Assembly: GCA_963662545.2 (NCBI GenBank)
Contig: CAXXLL010000002.1
Location: 352,001 to 416,000 of the forward strand
Direction: 5' to 3'
Length of the DNA: 64,000 nt
DNA from: Gammaproteobacteria bacterium
GTDB taxonomy: Bacteria; Pseudomonadota; Gammaproteobacteria; Ga0077536
Positions 40,382-51,774 of this stretch are shown piece by piece. The notes under the pieces are model-generated. The model searched no databases. It was not told the DNA's origin and saw only the letters and a list, made by a program, of their open reading frames with translations. Numbering within the stretch: position 1 is the first letter of the stretch; every line of letters begins with the position of its first letter. The translations under genes were made by a program, and so were the position numbers.

Positions 40382-41119
40382 CTACCTGACGAGATTGAAC
40401 TCCATTTTAATTCCAGCCAGTTCAATAATGTCGCCGTTCTGGATGGCGTAAGCCTGCGTGCCGATCGGCGACTCGTTGACCACCGGAAAGTTGTCGTTGG
40501 TCCCATCGCCTTCGATGTGGGTGAGAAAATAGCCCTGCGGTCGCCGCGAAATGACAGCCACCTGCGTGCCGGGTTTGCCGAGCGTGATCAGCGCTTTGGT
40601 CAGCTCGAGTTCCTTGCCCGCAATAGGGCCGTTCAATACCTGCAATTTACCGAGCGGCATGCCGCTGCCCGCGGGGGGGGTCGGCTTCGGAGTACCGCCG
40701 GAGGTCAAATTCATGTCGGGTGCGGCGGCGCCGGCAGCCTTCTCTGCGGCTTTCGCCGCTTCGACCGCGGCGCTTGCAGAACCCGGCCGGATGATCATCG
40801 TTTTCTCGAAGTCTTCGTCATCGGCGGTTGCGTGCTCGTTGACGTACTTGAGTTCGTGCTTGCCGAGGCCTATGACGTCACCATTGCGCAGAGCGTGTTT
40901 CTTGACGAGTTTGCCGTTGACGTATGTCCCGTTCGTACTGCCGAGATCTTCGAGAAACGAGTCGTCGAGTATCGTAATGATCAGTGCGTGCTTGCCGCTG
41001 ACGGCAAGGTTGTCGATCTGGATGTCATTGTCGGGTTTCCTGCCGATGGTAATACGTTCGTTCTCCAGCGGGAATTCCCCCTGCACTGCCCCATTCATGC
41101 TCAGAACCAGCTTCGCCAT
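40382..41119 (-). CDS. FHA-domain protein (two FHA-like domains)
   Basis: TIGRKPDNDI...VSGKHA...DLGSTNGTYVNG; second FHA-like domain at C-terminus. Confidence 0.9.
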   Translation of the reverse strand: MAKLVLSMNGAVQGEFPLENERITIGRKPDNDIQIDNLAVSGKHALIITILDDSFLEDLGSTNGTYVNGKLVKKHALRNGDVIGLGKHELKYVNEHATADDEDFEKTMIIRPGSASAAVEAAKAAEKAAGAAAPDMNLTSGGTPKPTPPAGSGMPLGKLQVLNGPIAGKELELTKALITLGKPGTQVAVISRRPQGYFLTHIEGDGTNDNFPVVNESPIGTQAYAIQNGDIIELAGIKMEFNLVR

Positions 41120-41132
41120 CGATCTGTCCTAT

Positions 41133-42009
41133 TCAGCTGCCCTTCTTCAGAAAGCTATTGATTTTCGCGACGATCCCCGATCCCCTCGCCACCAAGGCCT
41201 GTGGCCGCACGAGTACCACGGAAATGTTGTCCTTACCACCTTTTTCGTTCGCCAAGCGCACCAACTCGCCGGCGGCTTCTACAAGATTAGCACTATATTT
41301 ACTTAGGGTTAAGTGAATATCCTCATCATCTACCATATCATTCAGTCCGTCCGAGCAGAGCAGGTAGATTTCCCCGGGAGTGGAGTCCTGCTCCTGAACG
41401 TCCCTCCCCAGGGCGCGTGTGACGAGGTTTTTGGGCGTGTTTTCCGTCCACATCGACCTGTTCTTCTATCCCCAGGGCGCGTGTGACGAGGTTTTTGGGC
41501 GTGTTTTCCGCCGCTTCCTCGGGCGTGAAAAACCCCCTGTCGACCAGTTCCTGGATGAGTGAATGATCGCTGGTTATCTGCTTGAATTCCTCACCGCGCA
41601 ACCGATAAACCCGCGAATCGCCCACATGGGCGATGCTGACCCGCTGGCCGTGGTAAAACACGACCACGACCGTAGTGCCCATCCCCTGGCATTGGGGTAC
41701 GTCTTGTGCAGTGCGAAAAACGTGGGCGTTGGCCTTGGCGACGGCATTGCGGATGACGAGCGAAGCAGCGCTGAGTCCTGATTCCTCGTCGATTTCCCCG
41801 TCTTTGGCGGCCGGTATGGTCCTGCGGACCTCGTCGAGTATCAATTGGGCGGCAATGGCGCTCGCGACCTCGCCGGCCTTATATCCCCCCATACCGTCAG
41901 CCACAACTGCGAGTCCGAGGCTCGTATCCGTAACGGCACTGTCTTCGTTATGCGGCCGTTTCTGCCCTGTATCTGAGATATTCGCAACTTCGATAATCGA
42001 CGCGGCCAC
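41133..42009 (-). pseudogene. Stp1/PP2C Ser/Thr phosphatase frameshifted by a 46-bp insertion
   Basis: HNEDS, ADGMGG, HVGDSR in one frame; LCSDGL, GGKDN in another; removing 41400-41445 restores one ORF. Confidence 0.85.
41405..41510. repeat. 42-bp direct repeat (41405-41446 and 41469-41510)
   Basis: tccccagggcgcgtgtgacgaggtttttgggcgtgttttccg twice, identical, offset 64 bp. Confidence 0.95.
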
Positions 42010-42020
42010 GGCGATTACCC

Positions 42021-44596
42021 TTACCCAGCGGCGGCCTGCGTCTGCGTCTTGGTCTGGGTTTGCGTCTGCTTGGCGCAGCGCTGGAGATCGCGGGCCAGGT
42101 CACTGCCCGTCTGGTAACGCTTCTCGGAATCTTTCTCGAGTGCTTTGTTGATGATGGTAGAGAGGCATGGCCGTTGTTTTACGAGGTCGGGGCACAACTC
42201 GGCGATCTCGGTATGTGCCTCGTTGGCAATCATGTACATCAGGGTCGCCATCGAATCGCCGGCGAACGGCAATTTCCCGGAAATCATCTGGTAGAACATC
42301 ACGCCCAATGAGAAAAGATCGGAGCGGCCGTCGACCTTCTTCCCCGACAGTTGCTCGGGCGACATGTAAGAGGGCGTCCCGAGGACCATGCCCGTTTTTG
42401 TCTTGCTCGAATCGGTGATGCGGGCGATGCCGAAGTCCGTCAACTTGACCTGTTTGATTTCCGGATCGTACATCACGTTGGCGGGTTTGATGTCGCGATG
42501 CACGACGTTGTGCTTGTGCGCGTAGTCGAGCGCCATAGCCGACTTGAACACAATGCCCATGACCGTCGGCAGCGGCAGCAGATCTTCTTCTTTCGTGTGG
42601 CGCGCGAGGTCGTGCCCTGATAAGAATTCCATGGCGATAAAGGCCAGGTCATGCTCTTCGCCGGCGTCGTAGATGGTGACGATATTGGGATGATCGAGCC
42701 GGCCCGCCGTTTCCGCTTCACGAAAGAACCGCTCTTTGACCTCGTCGAGCTCGTCAGCCTCGAATTCCTGTGACAGGGCCATAGTCTTGATCGCTACCGT
42801 ACGGTTGATCTTGGGATCCTTGCCGAGATACACGACACCCATGGCGCCCTTGCCGAGTTCTTTTTCAATCTCGTAGCGGCCGAGCATCGGCTTGGCGATG
42901 CTGCCGTCGAGCAGCATGGTGCTGGCGACGCCGCCGGCCGCGGCGGCTCCGCCGATGACGATGGTGTCGTTGAGTTGCTTGGCGCGGTTGACCTTGTTCT
43001 TGATGTCGCGGAAATTCGGGTCCTTGCTCGCGATGTATTCGTAGGCCGCAGCCGCCTTGTTGAACTGCCGTTTGGTCTCGAAATCGCCGGAAAGCACGTA
43101 CACCGCTTCCAATAGCGATTCGTCAGCAGGGCACTTGCGAAAATATTCGAAGGCCATGTCGAGCTGTCCCTGCTGCTGGAACTGGAGACCCAGCTGCTTA
43201 TTGCTCGTTGCCGAATCGACGTCGAGGCGCCGTTTGGTGGCTTCCGTGACGAGGAAGCGTTTGGTCGTCAACAGCATGTGGCCGACGACGAGCAGGCTGG
43301 TGGCGGTCATGAGCTTGAGCCAGACCGCCTGGCTCGCCATCAAGCCCAGCTCGGTCGCGATGAGAATGAAGAACAAGCCGGCGCTGAACAGCGCGGCGGG
43401 TCCGGCATTGAGGCGCGGCAGGAGCGCGATCAGGTAGGCGGCGACCGCGAGCAGGATCAGGAATTCAGCAAATCCGGCCCAACCGGGGGCGATGAAGAAG
43501 TCCTCGTTCAGAATGCTCGCGACCGTGTGCGCCATGATCAACACCGGGCCGTTGACGTCGCCGAGCGGGGTATACAGCGTCGAGCCGATGCCGAATGCGG
43601 TCGCTCCGATCAAGACGATCTTGTCCTTGAAATTCTCGAGCGGGACCGTGTCCTGGAGAACGTCGTAGAAAGAGTACACGTCGAACGGCGGGCGTCCGCC
43701 TTCACGTTCACCATAGAAAAATGTGTTCAGTTGGAGGAATTCATCGGTCTTGATTTCGAGTTTCCCGAGTTTGACGCTGTCCCCCAGATTGACTCGAATG
43801 TCTTCCGGTCCAAGGTTATGAAAGGCCGCAGCGATCAATAAGAATTGGGACGGGTAGAACCCCCCGTAGTATTCGACCACCAGCGGCTCGTAGCGAATGC
43901 CCCCGTCGACGTCCAGCGGATTGATCAAATGGCCAATGCCCTGGGACGGTTCACCGACGGTCGGAATCGGCGGAACGGCGAGAACGGTTTGCCTGGGAAG
44001 CGGGAAAAGGCCCGTGGGATCGCCGATATTCTCGTCTCTGACTGCATTGCGCACCATGTAATCAGGCATGTCCTCATCTGGATTGCCGATCGGGACGCCT
44101 GGTACGAACTGCATACCGAGCACTACATTGCCGGCCCGGATGAGGGCTTCTGCGAATATCCGGTCGGTATCCAGCTCGAGCTCGGCTGCTTCATAGGCGT
44201 TCATCAGCTCATCGACGACGACGCCCTGCTCGGCGAGCGGCTCGGTCAGCTGACGAAATCGCGACAACCAGTGCAGCCCCGGCGCGACCTGGGGTTCAGA
44301 GTAGAAAACCGCAAGCCCGATGGTTTTTACGCCGGCACCCTGCAGCTTGTCGATCAGTTCAGCGTGGATTTCCCGCGACCACGGCCAGCGGCCAATGTTC
44401 TGGATGCTTTTGTCGTCGATCGCGACGACCGTTACCTGGCCTCCCGGATCGCGCGAAGACATGCGCACGCCAAAATCATAGGCGTCCCGCTCGAGACCTT
44501 GGAGCAGGGCGGTTCTCCCCACCACCAGACAAGCAGGAATATGAAGGACAGAGAGGCACCGACGAACCAATCGGATTTCCAGAACGGGTCGTTCAT
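42021..44596 (-). CDS. CHASE2-domain Ser/Thr kinase with apparent 1-bp frameshift near the 5' end
   Basis: CHASE2 (GRWPWSR), TMs, LGKGAMG, VAIK, HRDIKPAN, TDFG, YMSPEQ; N-terminus MNDPFWKSDWFVG.. from ATG 44596 lies in another frame. Confidence 0.88.
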
Positions 44597-44693
44597 CCAG
44601 GATCAGAAATACAGCGTTTAAACAACCAATCTTACTCCGCTTTGTGTTGGAAAAATAGATAGATACGAGGACTTAGGTGTTCTGGTTTTCGGC

Positions 44694-45161
44694 TCAACTA
44701 CACCATTCGGTAACCGCATTGCGCGCTTCCTGGATAGCGGCATCGTATTCTGCGCCTTCGATGACCCGTTTGTTGCCATCTTCGTCGCGATAAAAAAGAT
44801 GGGCGGAGGTTTGGCGTCTGGTCAATTCCGCCCGCGCGAGGCCGCATTTCCGTTTGCGCTGGGTCGCTTCTTCCCGGGCAGCCTGACTCGCGTGTTCGCG
44901 CTCTTCGCGCTCGGCAGTCATCGCTTCCAGCACCCGTTGGGTCCGTTCGTGCCGTTGCCGCGCCCCGGCAGCCGGCGGCGCAGACGGTTTGACTTCGATC
45001 ACCTGGGCGTCCTTGGCTTGGGGTTTGTCGCCGAAATGAATCTTCCCGTTTTCGTCGACCCATTTGTATACATCGCCGGCCGCAACGTCCTCTGCCTGAA
45101 AGCATATGAAGAAGCTCAGAGCAACCGCCACGAGGGCAGCAGGTGCAAATTCAGCGTTCAT
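44694..45161 (-). CDS. DUF4124-like secreted protein
   Basis: Signal peptide then VYKWVDENGKIHFGDKP; terminal WC. Confidence 0.8.
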   Translation of the reverse strand: MNAEFAPAALVAVALSFFICFQAEDVAAGDVYKWVDENGKIHFGDKPQAKDAQVIEVKPSAPPAAGARQRHERTQRVLEAMTAEREEREHASQAAREEATQRKRKCGLARAELTRRQTSAHLFYRDEDGNKRVIEGAEYDAAIQEARNAVTEWCS

Positions 45162-45555
45162 GGTTTCGCCTGTCCTTTGGCCAAGGGTGGTTCGGCTGGT
45201 CAGTGTAGCCCGCTTAAACCCGTCACCGGGCAGATTCGCACCCCAGGCGCAGAGAAATACCGGATCATCGTTTGGGACTAATTCCTGCTTATGCGCACTC
45301 ACCGCTCTTAGTGACCTGAGCGGTCGCCTGTAAACGTCAGAAAAATGGGAGGTTTAAGCAGTCCGTACGTGTTCGCAGCAGCGCCGCGCCGCGTCCCGAA
45401 TGTGCCTAGTATGGACGATGCCGTTCGCCAGATGCCGGCCGGCGGGCCCTTCAGGGACGGGCGGTCCGTCGTACTGCCTCGGCGTCAGCCGGACTGCATT
45501 ACCGGGACTGGTCAGGGATGTCCGGTCCCGGTTCTAGTGTGCTGCCCCGCAAAGT

Positions 45556-45879
45556 TCAGCGCTCGAGATATTGCAGCTTATCGGTTTTCTCCCGCCACTC
45601 ATCCGCATCGGGCAGCGGGTCTTTCATCTCACTGATCACCGGCCACTCGGCGGAAAGTTCCGTGTTCAAGGCGAGGTATTGCTGCTCGTCGTCGGTGAGA
45701 TCGTCCTCGGATTTGATGGCGTCGACCGGACATTCGGGTTCGCACAAGGTGCAATCGATACATTCGTCCGGATCGATGACCAGCATGTTCGGCCCTTCGT
45801 GAAAGCAATCGACGGGACATACTTCCACACAGTCCGTGAGCTTGCACTTGATACAACTTTCAACAACAACAAATGTCAT
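45556..45879 (-). CDS. fdxA: 7Fe ferredoxin FdxA
   Basis: [38 protein letters not shown]; follows mutS. Confidence 0.95.
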   Translation of the reverse strand: MTFVVVESCIKCKLTDCVEVCPVDCFHEGPNMLVIDPDECIDCTLCEPECPVDAIKSEDDLTDDEQQYLALNTELSAEWPVISEMKDPLPDADEWREKTDKLQYLER

Positions 45880-45955
45880 GTCTCAGCACTTCGTGACGAA
45901 TGAAACGGCGGTGTATTATAGCGGCGGCTTCGCCCGAGCCCAACAAGAAAATCGC

Positions 45956-48511
45956 TTATTCATCGTCGAGTAAGGACCGTAAGCGGTAGAGGGTTTCGAG
46001 CGCTTCGATCGGTGTCAGAGAGTCGGGGTCCAGCATTTCCAGCGCGCCGACGAGCGGGTGTTTATTCGAAAACAAGGGTAATTGCGGTGAATCTCCGCTC
46101 AGGCGACCCTGATCGCGGAACTCCAGCGATTCGAGCAGGCCACGCGCCCGCTGGATGACTTCATGCGGCACGCCCGCACGGCGGGCCACAGCAAGGCCGA
46201 AACTTTGATTGGCAGCGCCTTCGGTCACGCTATGCATGAACACTACGTCCTCACCGTGCTCGACTGCGTCCAGACGGACGTTGGCGACGGTGGGCATTTC
46301 CTCGGCGAGCGCCGTCAGTTCGAAATAGTGCGTCGCGAAAAGCGTATAGGACTGATTCGTGCTAGCGAGATGTTCGGCCGCCGCCCAGGCCAGCGACATG
46401 CCGTCGTAGGTACTCGTCCCGCGCCCGATCTCGTCGACGATAACGAGGCTGGATGCGGTGGCGTTGTGCAGGATGCTCGCGATTTCAAGCATCTCGACCA
46501 TGAAGGTGCTCTGGCCCCCGGCGAGATTATCCGAAGCCCCGATGCGCGAGTAGATGGCGTCGATGGGTCCGAAGTTTGCGCCGCCAGCCGGTACGAAGCT
46601 GCCGATGTGCGCGAGCAGGGTGATCAGCGCGGCCTGGCGCATATAGGTCGACTTTCCTCCCATGTTCGGGCCGGTGACCACGAGCAGTTTGCGCTTATCG
46701 TCAAGGCTTAGATCGTTGGCGACAAACGGTTCGGAGTGAAATTCCTCGACCAGCGGATGGCGTCCCGCCTTGATGACCAGCGCAGGCGCTTCAGTGAATT
46801 CGGGCTGCGCAAAACGCAGGGTCTCGGCGCGCTCCGCAAATGATGCAAGCACGTCGACCTCGGCGATTGCCGCGGCCGTGGTCTGCAGTTCAGAAATGTA
46901 ACTCGCGACGGTATCGAGCAGTCGCTCGTAGAGCTCTTTTTCTCTACGCAGGGACTTTTCGGCGGCGCTGAGTATGCGTGTTTCGAACGTTTTCAGATCG
47001 GGCGTGAGGTAGCGCTCTGTCGCTTTAAGGGTCTGGCGCCGGGTGTAGCGATCCGGGACGCGAGCGGCCTGGGTCCGGCTGATTTCGATGTAGTAGCCGT
47101 GCACCCGGTTGTAACCGACTTTGAGCCCGGCGATGCCGGTCTGTTCGCGTTCACGCCGTTCGAGTTCGATGAGTTCCGCATCGGCGTCCGCACTGGTGCG
47201 GCGGAGTTCATCCAGGGTCGTGTCATATCCTTCGGCGATGACGCCGCCGTCCCGAATCAGCCGGGGCGGAGATTCGACGATGGCGCGGCGCAGGCGCTCG
47301 CGCAACTCGGGCAGCTCTTGAATGCCACCATGCAGGGTCTCAATGAGCGGACTGGCGTCGGTAAGTAGCTGTGCCCGCAAAGCGGGTATCGACTCGAAGG
47401 CATCGCGCAGGTGGGCGAGATCATGGGGCCTGGCGGTACGCAGCGCGACGCGCGAAGTAATCCGCTCGATGTCGTGAATCCGCTTGAGACAGATTCGGAT
47501 TTCATCCAGGTCGAGCGTTGAAATTAGCGCCGCTACGGCGTGATGGCGCAGGCGCAGGCAATCGTGTGCGCGTGTGGGCCGATGGAGCCAGCGGCGCAGG
47601 AGGCGCCCACCCATCGGCGTCTGGCTGGTATCGATGAGGGCGATCAAGGTTTGGCGATCGTTGCCGGACAAGGATTGAGTCAGTTCGAGATTCCGTCGGG
47701 TCGCCGCGTCCATGCGTATCGAATCTCCCGGATATTCGACGCGCATACCGGTGACGTGGGGCAGCGAGCCGCTTTGTGTTTCCTGCGCGAAGACCAGCAG
47801 TGCGCCCGCCGCGCCGACGGCGGTTGGCATCGCTGAGCAACCGAATGCGCTCAGGTCGTCAACGCGGAAATGCTCACAAATCCGGCGCTTTGCCGTTTCG
47901 GTGTCAAAGCGCCACGGCGGCAGCGGCCGCGACCTTGCTAGCCAGGCGGAGGAGAGGACTTCGCTCGCGCTTTCATCAATTAGGATCTCTGCGGGCGCGA
48001 GGCGCTCCAACTCGGATTCGAACTCCGCTTTCGAAAGCAGTTCGGTCAGTAGAAAGCGTCCGCAGCTCAAATCGAGCCAGGCCAAACCAAAAATACCGCC
48101 ATGCACGCAAAGCGACGCCACTAGGGTGTCCTGTCGCTCTTCGAGCAAGGCTTCTTCGGTGATCGTGCCGGGCGTCAATACGCGGGTTACTCTGCGTTCC
48201 AGCGGCCCGCGTGACTCGGCGGGATCGCCGAATTGCTCGCAAATGGCGACCGATTCGCCGAGTTTGAGCAGTCGTGCCAGGTAACCGTCGGCGGCGTGCG
48301 CCGGTACCCCGGCCATGGGTATCGGTTCGCCGCCGCTCCTCCCGCGTGTGGTCAAGGTTAGGTCGAGCAATCGCGCGGCGCGGCGCGCGTCGTCATAAAA
48401 TAATTCGTAGAAATCGCCCATGCGGTAGAACAGCAGGCTGTCGGTATGCTCGGCCTTGATGCCGAGATACTGCCGCATGACGGGGGTATGTTCGCTCTTG
48501 CGGGGCGCCAT
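45956..48511 (-). CDS. mutS: DNA mismatch repair protein MutS
   Basis: [46 protein letters not shown] clamp motif. Confidence 0.97.
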   Translation of the reverse strand: MAPRKSEHTPVMRQYLGIKAEHTDSLLFYRMGDFYELFYDDARRAARLLDLTLTTRGRSGGEPIPMAGVPAHAADGYLARLLKLGESVAICEQFGDPAESRGPLERRVTRVLTPGTITEEALLEERQDTLVASLCVHGGIFGLAWLDLSCGRFLLTELLSKAEFESELERLAPAEILIDESASEVLSSAWLARSRPLPPWRFDTETAKRRICEHFRVDDLSAFGCSAMPTAVGAAGALLVFAQETQSGSLPHVTGMRVEYPGDSIRMDAATRRNLELTQSLSGNDRQTLIALIDTSQTPMGGRLLRRWLHRPTRAHDCLRLRHHAVAALISTLDLDEIRICLKRIHDIERITSRVALRTARPHDLAHLRDAFESIPALRAQLLTDASPLIETLHGGIQELPELRERLRRAIVESPPRLIRDGGVIAEGYDTTLDELRRTSADADAELIELERREREQTGIAGLKVGYNRVHGYYIEISRTQAARVPDRYTRRQTLKATERYLTPDLKTFETRILSAAEKSLRREKELYERLLDTVASYISELQTTAAAIAEVDVLASFAERAETLRFAQPEFTEAPALVIKAGRHPLVEEFHSEPFVANDLSLDDKRKLLVVTGPNMGGKSTYMRQAALITLLAHIGSFVPAGGANFGPIDAIYSRIGASDNLAGGQSTFMVEMLEIASILHNATASSLVIVDEIGRGTSTYDGMSLAWAAAEHLASTNQSYTLFATHYFELTALAEEMPTVANVRLDAVEHGEDVVFMHSVTEGAANQSFGLAVARRAGVPHEVIQRARGLLESLEFRDQGRLSGDSPQLPLFSNKHPLVGALEMLDPDSLTPIEALETLYRLRSLLDDE

Positions 48512-48766
48512 CTAGCTTTCTGAAAAAGACGCTATTTACTTTTCTCGCCGATCCGCCGCAGAACCGGCGGCCAGGCCAGCCACATGCTACTCCCAGCGTA
48601 CATGCGAATATTTTGAAATAGGGTCTGGTTCGAACAGGGCCTTATGTTACCGTTTTGCGGACCCGGAAGCGCGCGCGGGGCTCTGAATATTTTCCAAGCG
48701 GACTTGAAATGACGCGCATGAGCCCATAGTTTTTCGCAACACCACCCCTCAGCAAAAGGCGTGCTT

Positions 48767-50638
48767 ATGGCGATTGAAACGGCGAAAGAACAACGAGGAT
48801 TCGAATCGGAAGTTCGCCAGATTCTTGATCTCGTTATCAATTCCCTCTATAGCAACAGCGAGATATTTCTTCGCGAACTACTCTCCAATGCTTCGGATGC
48901 TGCCGACACGCTACGCTTCGCGGCGCTGTCGGATGATGGTCTGTACGAGGGCGATTCCGATCTCGCCGTCCAGATCGATTTCAGCGAGAAGCTCGGCACC
49001 GTCACCGTTCGGGACAACGGCATCGGCATGAGCAGAGACGAAGCCATCGAAAACCTTGGAACCATCGCGAAATCCGGCACGAAGGCATTCTTCGGCGCCT
49101 TGAGCGGCGATGAAAGAAAGGATTCTCAACTGATCGGCCAGTTCGGCGTGGGTTTTTATGCCTCGTTCATCGTCGCGGATAAGGTCATCGTGACGTCGCG
49201 CAAAGCCGGCCTGTCAGAAGACGAAGGGGTGCGCTGGGAGAGCGACGGCAAAGGTAAATATACCGTCGAGACCGTGCGCCGCAAAAAGCGGGGCACGGAA
49301 GTCGTGCTCCATCTCAAAGACGACGCCAAGGAATTCGCCAACGGTTTTCGTCTGCGCGAGTTGTGCAAGCGTTATTCCGACCACATCTCGGTGCCAGTGA
49401 GTATGCCCAAGGGCGATAACGGCAAGGGCTACGAGGTCGTCAATCAGGCCACCGCGATGTGGCAACGCGCCAAGAAAGAAATCAGCAACGAGGAGTACAA
49501 GGAATTCTACAAGCACGTTGCCCATGATTTCGAGGATCCCCTCGAATGGGTGCATTCGAAAGTCGAAGGCAAGCTCGAGTACACCACGCTCTTATATGTT
49601 CCCGCGCAAGCCCCTTTCGATCTGTGGGATCGCGAGAGCACGCACGGCGTCAAACTCTACGTCCAGCGCGTGTTCATCATGGACGAAGCCGACGATCTCT
49701 TACCGCGTTACTTGCGATTCATCCGCGGCGTCATTGACAGCAACGATCTGCCGCTCAACGTGTCGCGGGAAATGTTGCAGCGGAACAAGACGCTGGACGC
49801 CATTCGCTCCGGCTCGGTCAAGAAAATTCTGGGCATGTTCGAGTCGCTCGCCAAAGGTAAGGACTACGCCCGATTCTGGAAGGCATTCGGGCGGGTCGTG
49901 AAAGAGGGGGTGATCGAGGATGCGGCGAATCAGGAACGAATTGCGAAGCTGTTGCGGTTTTCGAGTACGCATGAAGACGAACCGGAATCCGATGTCGCTC
50001 TGGCAGACTACGTCTCCAGGATGTCCGAGGATCAGGATGCCATTTATTACATCGTCGCCGATGGTTTTGCGACCGCCAAGAACAGTCCACACCTCGAATA
50101 TTTCAGGGACAAGGGCATGGAAGTCCTGTTGATGCACGATCCGATTGACGAGTGGGTGGTCACCCATCTCAACGAGTTCGACGGTAAGCCTCTGAAATCG
50201 GTAGTACACGGAGAGATCGAAGGTGATCAATCCAGCAAAAGTGAGGAGGAAGAAACCGATGCGGCGGCGAGCCAACTGATCGAGAAGGTCAAGCACGCGC
50301 TCGCCGGCAAAGTCGAGAACGTTCGGAGCACCCTGCGGCTCACTTCATCGCCGGCCTGTCTCGTTTCGGCCGATGCCCAGATGAGCGCCAACCTGGAACG
50401 CTTGCTGAAGGCTTCGGGCCAAGACGTCCGGGGCGCTAAGCGAATTCTGGAACTCAATATCGAGCATCCCATGGTACGAATGCTGGAGGATATGGACGAC
50501 GAGCAGAAAATCGAGACGTGGTCGACGCTGCTGTTCGAGCAGTCGGTGCTGGCCGAGGGCGGCAAGCTCGACGATCCGGCCGGTTTCGTTAAACGCATGA
50601 ACGAAGTTGTCCTTGAACTCGCTGGCGGGAATTCCTAA
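48767..50638 (+). CDS. htpG: Chaperone HtpG (Hsp90)
   Basis: EIFLRELLSNASDA, DNGIGM, IGQFGVGFY, LPLNVSRE. Confidence 0.97.
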   Translation: MAIETAKEQRGFESEVRQILDLVINSLYSNSEIFLRELLSNASDAADTLRFAALSDDGLYEGDSDLAVQIDFSEKLGTVTVRDNGIGMSRDEAIENLGTIAKSGTKAFFGALSGDERKDSQLIGQFGVGFYASFIVADKVIVTSRKAGLSEDEGVRWESDGKGKYTVETVRRKKRGTEVVLHLKDDAKEFANGFRLRELCKRYSDHISVPVSMPKGDNGKGYEVVNQATAMWQRAKKEISNEEYKEFYKHVAHDFEDPLEWVHSKVEGKLEYTTLLYVPAQAPFDLWDRESTHGVKLYVQRVFIMDEADDLLPRYLRFIRGVIDSNDLPLNVSREMLQRNKTLDAIRSGSVKKILGMFESLAKGKDYARFWKAFGRVVKEGVIEDAANQERIAKLLRFSSTHEDEPESDVALADYVSRMSEDQDAIYYIVADGFATAKNSPHLEYFRDKGMEVLLMHDPIDEWVVTHLNEFDGKPLKSVVHGEIEGDQSSKSEEEETDAAASQLIEKVKHALAGKVENVRSTLRLTSSPACLVSADAQMSANLERLLKASGQDVRGAKRILELNIEHPMVRMLEDMDDEQKIETWSTLLFEQSVLAEGGKLDDPAGFVKRMNEVVLELAGGNS

Positions 50639-50804
50639 GGAACCTCTGAATAAGAGATGGTGCGGGTGAATGGCGCATGAAATCGTGCAGATCAAGGCAC
50701 GAATCGCAGGCCATAGCGGGGACTATTGGCAAGATTCGTGACGCCGAGCTCCGCGATTTCAGGCGCAAGGCAGGTGTGCCATAACTTATTCAGGGGTTGC
50801 TTAA
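50635..50804 (-). mobile_element. MITE-like element family A, subtype A2 (162 bp, 50639-50800)
   Basis: ctaa-ggaacctctgaataag...cttattcaggggttgc-ttaa; left flank contains the htpG stop codon. Confidence 0.87.
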
Positions 50805-50808
50805 GCCC

Positions 50809-51690
50809 GTGGATACGATGCCGACGGCGCGGGATTTGATCGAGCGCGCCGCGGTTAAGTTCGTCGGCGCGGGACTCCATTTCGGACACGGCACGGATAA
50901 CGCGCACGACGAGGCGACGTTCATTGTGTTGCATGCGCTCGGACTGGAATACCCGGTTGACGAACGCGATCTGACGCGTGCCTTGAAAACGGATGACGTC
51001 GATGCGGTCTTAAGTCTTGTCAACGAACGCATCCGCAGCCGGCGTCCTGCCGCTTACCTCACACACGCGATGTGGTTCGCTGGCCGGCCGTTCTATGTTG
51101 ACGAGCGGGTGCTCGTGCCGCGTTCTCCGATTGCGGAGATGGTGCGGCAAAAGTTCCAACCTTGGCTCGGACGCCAACCGGTACGGCGAATACTCGATAT
51201 CGGTACCGGTTGTGGCTGCATCGCCTTGACCAGTGCGCTCGAATTTTTCGAGGCCACCGTTCACGCAACCGACCTAAGTACCGAAGCACTGCAGGTCGCG
51301 GCGATCAATTGCGAACGCTTCGGCCTCCAGGAGCGGGTGCAATTCGAATGCGCCGATCTTTTTCCCATGTCCGAAAGGAATTTCGACCTCATCGTTAGCA
51401 ATCCCCCGTACGTTTCAGATGCCCGGCTGCAATGCCTGCCGGCGGAATTCCTGCATGAACCGCGCATCGCGCTCGTTGCCGGCGACGAGGGTCTCCTTTG
51501 CGTGAAACGGATACTCGGTAAAGCCACGGAATACCTTGCGGACGGCGGCTTGCTTGTCGTGGAGGTCGGTGAGGTCTGGCCCGAGATCGAACGGCATTAT
51601 CCGGGAATTGCATTTAACTGGGTCGAGTTCCAGCATGGCGGTGAGGGCGTTTTCGTTGTGAGTAAGAATGAACTCGCGTCGTTGACCTGA
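50809..51690 (+). CDS. prmB: Ribosomal protein L3 glutamine methyltransferase (start approximate)
   Basis: FGHGTDNA.DEA, VDERVLVPRSPIAE, DIGTGCG, SNPPY; upstream of aroC. Confidence 0.93.
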   Translation: MDTMPTARDLIERAAVKFVGAGLHFGHGTDNAHDEATFIVLHALGLEYPVDERDLTRALKTDDVDAVLSLVNERIRSRRPAAYLTHAMWFAGRPFYVDERVLVPRSPIAEMVRQKFQPWLGRQPVRRILDIGTGCGCIALTSALEFFEATVHATDLSTEALQVAAINCERFGLQERVQFECADLFPMSERNFDLIVSNPPYVSDARLQCLPAEFLHEPRIALVAGDEGLLCVKRILGKATEYLADGGLLVVEVGEVWPEIERHYPGIAFNWVEFQHGGEGVFVVSKNELASLT

Positions 51691-51774
51691 CGGCACGAGA
51701 GATGCGCGACCAATAAAAAAAAATTACTCGGAAGATTATTACGGCACGGCACGCTGGCGGGCTAGAATAGCGCT

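Noticed and set aside
41405-41510. Direct repeat pair considered as a CRISPR mini-array
   Set aside because: Only two units, inside coding sequence, no cas genes
42036-42070. Imperfect 6-bp repeats encoding QTQTQTKTQTQ
   Set aside because: Short degenerate low-complexity tail of the kinase
45500-45555. Hairpin accgggactgg...ccggtcccggt followed by ctagtgtgctgcccc
   Set aside because: Could be an fdxA terminator or an IS end remnant, but no U-tract or partner TIR was found
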